24,475 nucleotides of DNA from a virus. Its lineage: Duplodnaviria > Caudoviricetes. A program made the position numbers and the translations under genes. The stretch spans positions 1 to 24,475 of IMG/VR virus record IMGVR_UViG_3300016665_000251; one strand, given 5' to 3'. The notes below the pieces were generated by a model. It made no database searches, was not told the origin of the DNA, and saw only the letters and a list, made by a program, of their open reading frames with translations. Below are positions 9,813-17,027 of the stretch, one piece after another; the stretch's first letter is position 1, and each line of letters starts with the position of its first letter.

Positions 9813-9816
9813 AACC

Positions 9817-10443
9817 ATGGCGCAAAACTGGAACCTGCCGCCGGCCGGCACTGATTACGCGAACGTCGTTCTGAAGACGACTTTTCCCGATGCGATGGAG
9901 AGCCTGCGCACATGCCATTCAGGCGCGGCAGCTCCGACGTCTCCCGTCGCCTATATGCTGTGGGCAGACACGACGACCGGCTACCTCAAGATCCGCGACG
10001 GGGCCAACGTCGCATGGATCCGCGTCGCGCCGCTGGCAACGGAAAGCACCTACACGATGGCGAGCGACCTGGTCGCGAGCATGTCGGCGACGACGACGTT
10101 CCGCTGCGGCGCCGCGCTTCGCGCCGGCACCCTGCGGCGTCTGCTGGTCGTCGGCGAAACGGCGACGACCTCGACCGTCGCTAACGAGTGGCGCTTTCAG
10201 GTCACGCGCTACCCCGCCTCGGCGCCAGGCACGCCGGTCAACTGCATCAGCGCCAACGTCGGCACCTACACCGCGCTCGGCGGCGTCGGCGGCGGCGCGG
10301 AGCTCGTCGCCTTCGGCGCCTACCTGCTGACGCCGGACCAAAACACGACCGTCGCCGAGACCGACGTCTACACCGTGACCGCGACCGCCGTCGGAACGCC
10401 GACGACCGTCGCCAACGTGCGGATGATCCTCGAGGCCTACTGA
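9817..10443 (+). CDS. Tail fibre/accessory virion protein
   Basis: HSGAAAP..AYMLWADTTTGYLKIRDGAN..W is a common phage fibre N-terminal motif; follows J. Confidence 0.7.
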   Translation: MAQNWNLPPAGTDYANVVLKTTFPDAMESLRTCHSGAAAPTSPVAYMLWADTTTGYLKIRDGANVAWIRVAPLATESTYTMASDLVASMSATTTFRCGAALRAGTLRRLLVVGETATTSTVANEWRFQVTRYPASAPGTPVNCISANVGTYTALGGVGGGAELVAFGAYLLTPDQNTTVAETDVYTVTATAVGTPTTVANVRMILEAY

Positions 10444-11552
10444 TGGCGCTCGACCGTCTCGGCAACACCGTAACGACCGGCACGGTCTACGTCGTCGCCG
10501 GCACGGCCCGCGTGATCGACGGCGACCAGATCGTCCTCGTCGGCGGCAACGGTGGCGAGACGGTCTTGCGCGCGAAGGCCGGCGACATCGCGCGCGTCGA
10601 TGATCTGAGCGGCGGCGGCGGCGGCGGCGTTACCGACGGCGACAAAGGCGACATCGTCGTCTCGAGCGGCGGCACCGTCTGGACGATCGACGCAACCGGC
10701 ACGCGAGACGACTCGACCTTCCTGCGAGGCGACAACGTCTGGCAGCACATCGAGGCGACGCGCTTCAACGTCAAAAACACCAGCGGCGGCACGCTGCCGA
10801 AGGGCACGCCGGTCTACGCGACGGGCTCGGTCGGCGCATCGGGCGCGACCGAGGTCGCCGGCGCAGACGCGAGCAGCTCGGCGACCATGCCGGCAATCGG
10901 GCTCCTCGAGGAGCAACTGCTGCACAACGGCGAAGGCTGGGCGCTGCCGCTCGGCATGCTGCGCGGCGTCGATACGTCGGCCTACGCGATCAACGGCATC
11001 GTCTACGTCGCCGCCGGCGGCGGTCTAACGCCGACCAGGCCGTCCGGCGATACGGACCTCGTGCAAAACATCGGCCGCGTCGTGCGCGTGCATGCGAGCA
11101 CCGGCGAGATCCTGGTGCTCGGACCAGGTCGAACGAACGACGTGCAAAACCTGATCCCGACCGGTCGGCTGCCCGGCGCCGCCGGCGTGGCCGAGGTCGA
11201 CTTCGGGCCGTTCCCCGGCCGAAGCGACACGTCGGTCGTCGTCACTGGGCAGACGCGCATCGGCTCGGGCGCGGCCGTGCAGGCATGGCTACAGCCGGCC
11301 GCGACTGCCGACCACACCGCCGACGAGCACCGCGTCGAGACGATCACCGTAACGGCCGGCAACATTGTCCCGGCGACCGGCTTCACGATCTACGCGAGCA
11401 ACTCGTCGCAGCTCAACGAGCCGCTCGAGGTCGCAGGTCCGTCGCGCTTTCGCACGGCGGCGGCGACTGTCTACGGCTACGCAGGCCGCAGCCGCGGCGG
11501 CATTGGCACGCGAATCTGGGGCCGTTGGAACGTCGGCTGGCGCTGGCTCTAA
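10443..11552 (+). CDS. Modular tail fibre/decoration-like protein
   Basis: TGATG overlap; start MALDRLG; poly-Gly linker, DGDKGDIVVS, TFLRGD, KGTPVY..ADAS..MPAIGL modules; C-terminal VDFG..DHTADEH..GFTIY domain. Confidence 0.65.
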   Translation: MALDRLGNTVTTGTVYVVAGTARVIDGDQIVLVGGNGGETVLRAKAGDIARVDDLSGGGGGGVTDGDKGDIVVSSGGTVWTIDATGTRDDSTFLRGDNVWQHIEATRFNVKNTSGGTLPKGTPVYATGSVGASGATEVAGADASSSATMPAIGLLEEQLLHNGEGWALPLGMLRGVDTSAYAINGIVYVAAGGGLTPTRPSGDTDLVQNIGRVVRVHASTGEILVLGPGRTNDVQNLIPTGRLPGAAGVAEVDFGPFPGRSDTSVVVTGQTRIGSGAAVQAWLQPAATADHTADEHRVETITVTAGNIVPATGFTIYASNSSQLNEPLEVAGPSRFRTAAATVYGYAGRSRGGIGTRIWGRWNVGWRWL

Positions 11553-11570
11553 TCACACCACGAGGAAGAC

Positions 11571-12227
11571 ATGGCTATTCAACTGCAGGGCAACGGCGGC
11601 ACGATTGCCGAGGTAGATGGAACCAACTACCGCGCGATGCGCGCAACGCTGCGACCGCACGACTACGGCGCGCTCGGTAGCTATCGGCTGTCGTTGCTGT
11701 CCGGCACGATGGCAGCCGGTCTAGCAGCGAACGCCGAGGTCTGGCAGTTCCGCTGGTCCGATGCAACGCGCCTCTGCGTCGTGACGAAAATCGTCATCGA
11801 CGGCATCAGCAACACCGCGACCGCGTTCACCGCCGGCGTCGGCAATATGCAGCTTTACGTCGCGCGCTCGTGGACGGCAGACGGCTCCGGCGGCACTGCT
11901 GCAACGCTGACGGGCAACAACACCAAACTCCGCACGGACATGGGCGCGACTTTGCTGGGCTCGGCGCGTATCAGCAGCACGGCCGCGCTAACTGCCGGCA
12001 CGAAGACGCTCGACACCAACGCCAGCGGGCAAATGTCGCTCGCGTTTCCTGCCGTGGCATCGACGCAGATCGAAAACCGGATCGCGCTCTTCGAGCCCAA
12101 CCCCGGCATGGAGTCGCCCTTCATTCTCGCGCAAAACGAAGGGCTGGTCATTCGTGCAACCGTGCCGGCAACGGGCACCTGGGCGTTCGGCGTCACCGTC
12201 AACTGGACCGAGCTGACGGAATACTGA
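11571..12227 (+). CDS. Putative virion structural protein (Thr/Ala/Gly-rich beta protein)
   Basis: GAGGA RBS; composition; C-terminal LAQNEGLVIR..VNWTE typical of phage jelly-roll proteins. Confidence 0.6.
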   Translation: MAIQLQGNGGTIAEVDGTNYRAMRATLRPHDYGALGSYRLSLLSGTMAAGLAANAEVWQFRWSDATRLCVVTKIVIDGISNTATAFTAGVGNMQLYVARSWTADGSGGTAATLTGNNTKLRTDMGATLLGSARISSTAALTAGTKTLDTNASGQMSLAFPAVASTQIENRIALFEPNPGMESPFILAQNEGLVIRATVPATGTWAFGVTVNWTELTEY

Positions 12228-12228
12228 C

Positions 12229-12489
12229 ATGCCGGCGAAGATCATCGTTTTCCACCCGCACATCGAGCTCGAGGACGGCGCGATTGAATACTGCGCCGCC
12301 TACCGATTCACGGAACCCGTGAACGGCGTCGAGGACGGCGAGATCGGCTACGAGCCGGCACCCGGCACGACCGAGGAGCAGATCCTCGACGAGATCAAGG
12401 TCCTCGCCGTCGCGCACGCCAACCTGCAGACGTCCGACGCTGTCCCGTTCACGCTGGCCGACGTCATCACATGGGAGGCTCGACCGTGA
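12229..12489 (+). CDS. Small acidic hypothetical protein (possible fibre chaperone)
   Basis: 86 aa, tight spacing with neighbours, GC3-rich codons; function from position only. Confidence 0.6.
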   Translation: MPAKIIVFHPHIELEDGAIEYCAAYRFTEPVNGVEDGEIGYEPAPGTTEEQILDEIKVLAVAHANLQTSDAVPFTLADVITWEARP

Positions 12490-12785
12490 CCGCGCACGAT
12501 CACACCAAGCAGTGGGAACGCTGGATGCGCCTGGCATCCGTGGCGACGACGTCGGTCGTCATTCCGGGCATCGCGTGGGCATTTACCATGTCGCGCGATA
12601 TTCACGAGCTGCGCAGCCGCGTCGATATGCTGGCGCAGCAGATCGACACCGACCGGCGCGGGCTCGCGAGCATTTGCGACGAGCTCAAGGGACTGCGCAG
12701 CTCGGTCGAGGCGCTGCGCTCCGACGTGCTCCAACGCATGACCCGCGTCGAGACCCGCCTCGAGGACCAAAAGGCTCCCAAATGA
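12486..12785 (+). CDS. Single-TM coiled-coil protein (holin-like, lysis cassette position)
   Basis: GTGA overlap with GGAGG RBS; hydrophobic LASVATTSVVIPGIAWAF then heptad repeats ending RMTRVETRLE. Confidence 0.55.
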   Translation: MTAHDHTKQWERWMRLASVATTSVVIPGIAWAFTMSRDIHELRSRVDMLAQQIDTDRRGLASICDELKGLRSSVEALRSDVLQRMTRVETRLEDQKAPK

Positions 12786-13210
12786 TCCGCACGACCATCC
12801 TGCTCCTGGCGCTGCTCTGCGCGCCGTCCTGCACGCTCTACACCCGGCTCTCGGATGCCGTCGACCGCGTCGACATGGCGACGAAGGAGACCGAAAAGGC
12901 GCTCAAGGGCGTCGAGGCCGGTCTCGCGCAGCTCGGCGACCGCGGCCGCGAGCTCGCCGACACGGTGGCGCAGGTCCGCGTCGCCGTCGTCGAGGCCGAC
13001 CGCAACGGCGACGGCCGCGTCTCCGGCGTCGAGGAATGGTACGGGCTTGTCCTGCAGCTCTTGGCGATCTTCGGCGTGGGCGGCTACGCGGCATCGGTCA
13101 ACGGCCGGCGCCGGGCGACCGCGCAGCAGCTCTACGCGGCGATCGACGAGCTCAAGGACCGCGTCCGCGGCACCGCGCCCGCAGCGCCGACGCCGCCGGC
13201 GGCCGAATGA
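12782..13210 (+). CDS. Putative lipoprotein with coiled coil, EF-hand loop and C-proximal TM (spanin-like)
   Basis: ATGA overlap; MIRTTILLLALLCAPS-C signal; DRNGDGRVSGVE; WYGLVLQLLAIFGVGGYAASV followed by RRR. Confidence 0.6.
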   Translation: MIRTTILLLALLCAPSCTLYTRLSDAVDRVDMATKETEKALKGVEAGLAQLGDRGRELADTVAQVRVAVVEADRNGDGRVSGVEEWYGLVLQLLAIFGVGGYAASVNGRRRATAQQLYAAIDELKDRVRGTAPAAPTPPAAE

Positions 13211-13413
13211 GCCGCAGGAGCTCGCAGGATCGCGCGCCGTTGCCGGCCTGGCTGTCGGCCGCCTGCGCGGCGATCGCCGCCTGCGCGGCATCCTGCGCGA
13301 CGACGCAGGCTCTTGCGGACGCTCCGGTCGAGTTCTGGACGACCGCCGAGAAGCTGGTCGTCGCCGTCGGGCAGGACCTCGAGGCGCTGCTGCTGTTCCT
13401 GCTCGGCCTCTGA
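13207..13413 (+). CDS. Small putative lipoprotein/membrane protein
   Basis: ATGA overlap; AIAACAAS-C lipobox-like signal and hydrophobic C-terminus LEALLLFLLGL. Confidence 0.55.
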   Translation: MSRRSSQDRAPLPAWLSAACAAIAACAASCATTQALADAPVEFWTTAEKLVVAVGQDLEALLLFLLGL

Positions 13414-13509
13414 CCGTTGCGCGCGAGGCCGGCCGGCGGCATGCTGGTCGGCGGTCCTGACCGGGCCGCGGGCTCGTCGTCCGCACATGAGAGTGGCGAT
13501 TCGTTCTTT

Positions 13510-13552
13510 CCGGGCCGACCTGCTGCGAGGCAGGCCGGCCCGGCTTCATTCT
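13510..13552 (+). terminator. GC-rich hairpin, likely end of the late transcript
   Basis: CCGGGCCG-A-CCTGCT-GCGA-GGCAGG-C-CGGCCCGG (GNRA loop) followed by a weak tail CTTCATTCT. Confidence 0.45.
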
Positions 13553-13639
13553 GGGACGGATTCGCAGGGAAAAGCACGCGCGCAAACCGCGGCGCCGTCG
13601 GCATCTGCGGAAAGCAGACGGAAAAAGAACGGAAAGCAG

Positions 13640-13668
13640 TAGACAAGCGAGCGCGTCGTGCCGATAGT
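13640..13668 (+). promoter_or_regulatory. Sigma70-type early promoter, probably leaderless transcript
   Basis: TAGACA (13640-45), 17 bp, GATAGT (13663-68); ATG at 13675 with no SD; A-rich upstream. Confidence 0.65.
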
Positions 13669-13674
13669 GTCTGC

Positions 13675-13986
13675 ATGAACGCCACGACCACCTCGCAGCA
13701 GATCGCGCAAACCATCCTCTCGCAACTCGGCGGATCGCTCTTCGTCGCCATGACTGGCGCGCGCGACCTGCTGCAGCTCGAAGCCGGCCTTCGCTGCCGT
13801 ATGGGCCGCGGCGCGCTGTGCTCGCACCTGCAGATCGACCTGGACCTGGCGACGGACACCTACACGGTGTCGACCTACAAGATCCGCGGCCTGAACTGCC
13901 GCGAGCTGGCGCGCGTCGAGCAGGTCTACGCCGACGCGCTGCGCGGCACGGTCGAGCAACTGACCGGCTTCTTCCTCTCCTTCTGA
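13675..13986 (+). CDS. Conserved phage hypothetical early protein (103 aa)
   Basis: IAQTILSQLGG..FVAMTGA, DTYTV, VYADAL..EQLTG pattern recognised from unannotated phage proteins. Confidence 0.8.
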   Translation: MNATTTSQQIAQTILSQLGGSLFVAMTGARDLLQLEAGLRCRMGRGALCSHLQIDLDLATDTYTVSTYKIRGLNCRELARVEQVYADALRGTVEQLTGFFLSF

Positions 13987-14046
13987 TCGACAACCGCGGC
14001 ACCTTCGGGCGCCGCACAACCCGCCAACCCTCAACACCCGCACGAC

Positions 14047-14283
14047 ATGAACACCCGCACGACATACCGCAGGCGCCCGGTCTGGGCATTCTCCGACGGC
14101 TACGACCTCGACGGCGTCGAGCTGCTGCACGCTCGCCTCTGGGACGTCTATGCGCAGCAGTGGCGCTGGTTCTGGTCCTACGACCACATCCCGCCGGCGA
14201 TCCGCGCGTCGCTGACGCAGCGCGAGCGCGTCGCTTTGCGCCGCAACCTGGCAGCGGCGCCGCAGCCGGAGGCCGCACGATGA
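14047..14283 (+). CDS. Hypothetical protein (78 aa)
   Basis: ORF in a coupled operon, ATGA overlap with next gene. Confidence 0.7.
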   Translation: MNTRTTYRRRPVWAFSDGYDLDGVELLHARLWDVYAQQWRWFWSYDHIPPAIRASLTQRERVALRRNLAAAPQPEAAR

Positions 14284-14519
14284 GCCGCCGCATCCTGGCA
14301 CGCTCGGGCGAACGCGTCGCCGTTCTGCCGCGCGGCTGCGACGCTAATGCGATCGCACGTCTGCGCGACCTCGCTCGCCGACGCTACGGCTCAGCCGCCG
14401 GCATCCACACCGACGACGTCGGCAGGGTCCAGGTCATCCTGCGCCGGTCCGGCTGCAATGCGTCCGACGTGCTCGGCTACATGTCGGCCGCATCGGTCGA
14501 GCAGGAGGCCGCACGATGA
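14280..14519 (+). CDS. Hypothetical protein (79 aa)
   Basis: GGAGG RBS, ATGA overlaps at both ends. Confidence 0.7.
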   Translation: MSRRILARSGERVAVLPRGCDANAIARLRDLARRRYGSAAGIHTDDVGRVQVILRRSGCNASDVLGYMSAASVEQEAAR

Positions 14520-14974
14520 TCGGCCGCACCGTCCGCGCCGTCGCGGCGCTGCTGTTCGCCGGCGCGCTCGTCGCGCAGGCACCGACGCTACGCGACCTGG
14601 ACGCCGCACGCGCAAAGCTGCGGCCGCTGCTTGACGCTCTCGTGCAGGTCGAGAGCTCCGGTCGAGACGACGCCGTGGGCGATTCCGGCAACGCGCTCGG
14701 CTCGCTACAGATCTGGCGCGTCTACTGGTCCGACGCGCTCGAGCACGCGCCGGCGATCGGTGGCGTCTACGAGGACGTCCGCACGCGCATCTACGCCGAG
14801 CGCGTCGTCGTCGCCTACTGGCTGCGCTACGCCGCGGCCGCCGTTCGCGACGGCGACCTCGAGCGCCTGGCGCGCGTCCACAACGGCGGCCCGCGCGGTC
14901 ACCGAAAGCGCGCGACGGTCGGCTACTGGCAGCGCGTTCAGCGCGCGATGGAGGCTCGCCATGCTGCGCGATGA
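14516..14974 (+). CDS. Secreted lysozyme, i-type/destabilase-like (lysozyme superfamily)
   Basis: Signal peptide ending AQA; LVQVESSG..GDSG..LGSLQI..YWSD; LARVHNGGPRG..TVGYWQRV. Confidence 0.82.
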   Translation: MIGRTVRAVAALLFAGALVAQAPTLRDLDAARAKLRPLLDALVQVESSGRDDAVGDSGNALGSLQIWRVYWSDALEHAPAIGGVYEDVRTRIYAERVVVAYWLRYAAAAVRDGDLERLARVHNGGPRGHRKRATVGYWQRVQRAMEARHAAR

Positions 14975-15329
14975 GCACGACGACCAGGTCGGGCAGGACA
15001 TGATCGACGCCGTCCGCGCGTCCTACCGTGACCGCATGCGGCTCGGCGACGGCGACTACGACGCGGACGCCTGCGCGATCGTCCAGATCTGCGACGAGCT
15101 GCTGCGCCTGCGCCGGCGTCGCTGGCATCGCGAGGCCGAGCTGCGCGCGGCGCTGTTCGCGATCACGCGGACGGCTCGCCGCGATGGGGCGAAGGACTGG
15201 CTCGATCTTGGCCGCGTCGACGGCTCGGCCGATGACGTTACCGCGCGCGAGATCACGGCGCTGTGCGACGCGATCGACGGCGCCGGCGATCTGCTGCAGC
15301 GGCTGCAGCGGGAGGAGGCTTTGCGATGA
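14961..15329 (+). CDS. Hypothetical helical protein
   Basis: GGAGG RBS before ATG14961; ATGA overlap with next gene. Confidence 0.7.
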   Translation: MLRDEHDDQVGQDMIDAVRASYRDRMRLGDGDYDADACAIVQICDELLRLRRRRWHREAELRAALFAITRTARRDGAKDWLDLGRVDGSADDVTAREITALCDAIDGAGDLLQRLQREEALR

Positions 15330-15649
15330 CCGACTACGGAACACCGCCGGCAGACTGCCGCGACCCGCACTGGTGGGAGGTCGAGCAGGCGAACGCGCGC
15401 ACCTTGGCGCGCCGACCCGAGCTCGCGCTCGAGGCCGGCGAACGCTACGCGGGCCGCGTGCATGCGGGCTACGATTTTCCCATCGACGTCTCGCGCGCAA
15501 ACGACCTGCGCGCGAACGGTCGGCTCTGCGCCCGCTGCGACGGGCACGGATGGTTCAACCTGCGCCGGTCTGTGCTCTGCGGATGGCACTGGGCGATCTG
15601 CTGGTCGTGCGAGGGCTACGGCCGCGTGCCGGTGGAGGTCGACCGATGA
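15326..15649 (+). CDS. DnaJ-type zinc-finger protein
   Basis: Two CxxCxGxG motifs (CARCDGHG, CWSCEGYG); GGAGG RBS. Confidence 0.72.
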   Translation: MTDYGTPPADCRDPHWWEVEQANARTLARRPELALEAGERYAGRVHAGYDFPIDVSRANDLRANGRLCARCDGHGWFNLRRSVLCGWHWAICWSCEGYGRVPVEVDR

Positions 15650-15792
15650 GGCACCCGCCGCGACTCGTCCGCGACGACGACCCGCCGCCGCGCGGCGTCG
15701 ATTGCTACACCCTCCTCGGCTGCGCCGTGCTGCTCGCCGGCGCGGTCCTCGTCCTCTGTGCTCTGGTCTCCATCCTGCAGGCTCTCCGATGA
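15646..15792 (+). CDS. Small membrane protein (48 aa)
   Basis: GGAGG RBS, ATGA overlaps, hydrophobic LLGCAVLLAGAVLVLCALVSIL. Confidence 0.65.
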   Translation: MRHPPRLVRDDDPPPRGVDCYTLLGCAVLLAGAVLVLCALVSILQALR

Positions 15793-16124
15793 CTCTTCCC
15801 CCCAACAACGACCCGCGGACCTGGTCCGTCGGCGACTGGTGCTCGACCTACGAAGGCTCGCTCGTCGAGCTTGCGGCCGAGCTCAACGTCACGCGGCAGG
15901 CGCTGCTGCATCTGCGAGCCGGCAAACACCGCCGACCGCCGGTCGACCTGCTCGAGCGCCTGGCCGACGCGCTGTCTCGTCGCTCGACGTTCCGCCGGCG
16001 CTTCGTCACGCCGACCGCCGACCAGCTCGTGGCGCTGTGGTATCGCGAGCACGGCGTCGACTTCTCGCAACCTCCGAGCGTCACGCCGCGCCGTTCGCGT
16101 TGCGTTACGCGTAACGCTCCGTAA
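15789..16124 (+). CDS. Cro/XRE-like helix-turn-helix regulator
   Basis: SLVELAAELNVTRQALLHLRAG..PPVDLLERLADAL; just upstream of replication genes. Confidence 0.75.
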   Translation: MTLPPNNDPRTWSVGDWCSTYEGSLVELAAELNVTRQALLHLRAGKHRRPPVDLLERLADALSRRSTFRRRFVTPTADQLVALWYREHGVDFSQPPSVTPRRSRCVTRNAP

Positions 16125-16132
16125 CGTGACGC
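16102..16132. promoter_or_regulatory. Palindromic copy of the origin motif next to the initiator start codon
   Basis: Perfect 16-bp palindrome GCGTTACGCGTAACGC (16102-17); 16103-16132 matches 16582-16611 at 27/30. Confidence 0.6.
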
Positions 16133-16133
16133 C

Positions 16134-17027
16134 ATGGCTCACTTCGTCAAACTCGACGCCGGCATTCTCGACTCGTCTCTTTGGCCGCAGGTCGAACCTC
16201 GGACGGTGTTCCTCACGGCGCTGCTGATGGCGCGGCCGGTCGAGCTGACCGAACCCGTCGAGGCTCTGCAGGTCCGCACGCTCGACCGTCTCGGGCTGAC
16301 CATTCCGGCAGGATGGTATGGCCTGGTCGAGGCGAGCGGCATCGGCATCGCAGGCCGTGCCGGCCTGACCATCGACGCCGGCCTTTCCGCGCTCGAGCGC
16401 CTCGCCTCGCCGGATCCCGACTCTCGGACGCCTGACTTTGACGGGCGCCGCATGGTCCGAATCCCTGGTGGCTGGCTTGTCCTCAACTTCATGCGCTACC
16501 GCGAACGCGACTACCGCGCCGCCGAGCGCATGCGCCGCTATCGCACCCGCAACCGCGTCTCGCGTGACGCTGAACCCGTAACGTTACGCGTAACGGCCCG
16601 TAACGTTACGCAAGCAGAAGCAGAAGCAGAAGCACAAGCAGAAGTACACATGCAGAAGCAGACGCACACACACGCGCGGCCGGAGGCCGCGCTACCGCCG
16701 GCTGCGCCGGCTGGGCGGTCTGCGAAGCGCGAGAAGGTCACGGCCGGACGTCCCGACGAGGTCGCCGCGGACCTTTGGCGCGACTTCCTGACCCTGCGAC
16801 GGGCAAAGCGCGCGCCGCTCACCGAGCGAGCGCTCGCCGGCATTCGTCGGCAGGCCGACCTCGCCGGCAAGACGCTCGGCGAGGCGATCGAGCTCTGCAT
16901 CGAGCGCAACTGGCAGAGCTTCGACGCGACCTGGCTGCGCGTCGAGGCTAGAGGCCGGGCATCGGCCGACGCGGCGCGCCGGCACACCTTCCGGGCAAGC
17001 GACTACGGCGAGGGAGGCGCGATCTGA
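16134..17027 (+). CDS. Phage replication initiator (lambda O-type organisation)
   Basis: FVKL..ILDSSLW N-terminus, RMRRYR basic patch, internal repeats, C-terminal WRDF..LRRAKRAPLT..WQSF..W; directly upstream of the helicase loader. Confidence 0.85.
   Translation: MAHFVKLDAGILDSSLWPQVEPRTVFLTALLMARPVELTEPVEALQVRTLDRLGLTIPAGWYGLVEASGIGIAGRAGLTIDAGLSALERLASPDPDSRTPDFDGRRMVRIPGGWLVLNFMRYRERDYRAAERMRRYRTRNRVSRDAEPVTLRVTARNVTQAEAEAEAQAEVHMQKQTHTHARPEAALPPAAPAGRSAKREKVTAGRPDEVAADLWRDFLTLRRAKRAPLTERALAGIRRQADLAGKTLGEAIELCIERNWQSFDATWLRVEARGRASADAARRHTFRASDYGEGGAI
16575..16662. repeat. Putative replication origin inside the initiator gene
   Basis: CCCGTAACGTTACGC twice, 22 bp apart (16575, 16597), overlapping palindromes, then purine-biased AAGCAG hexamer repeats. 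Confidence 0.75.

Noticed and set aside
10609-10629. GGC trinucleotide run as a contingency locus
   Set aside because: In-frame poly-Gly linker common in fibre proteins; length change would not shift the frame
9817-12227. Diversity-generating retroelement or invertible fibre cassette
   Set aside because: No reverse transcriptase, invertase or TR/VR-like repeat pair noticed by eye
12602-14293. Long minus-strand ORFs (also 2056..3249, 6870..8333, 14391..15500, 18163..19236)
   Set aside because: Shadow ORFs typical of high-GC DNA, opposite well-supported plus-strand genes, no motifs
14033-14519. Short direct repeats as a CRISPR or mini-array
   Set aside because: Only two copies of 16 bp each, wrong spacing, no cas genes
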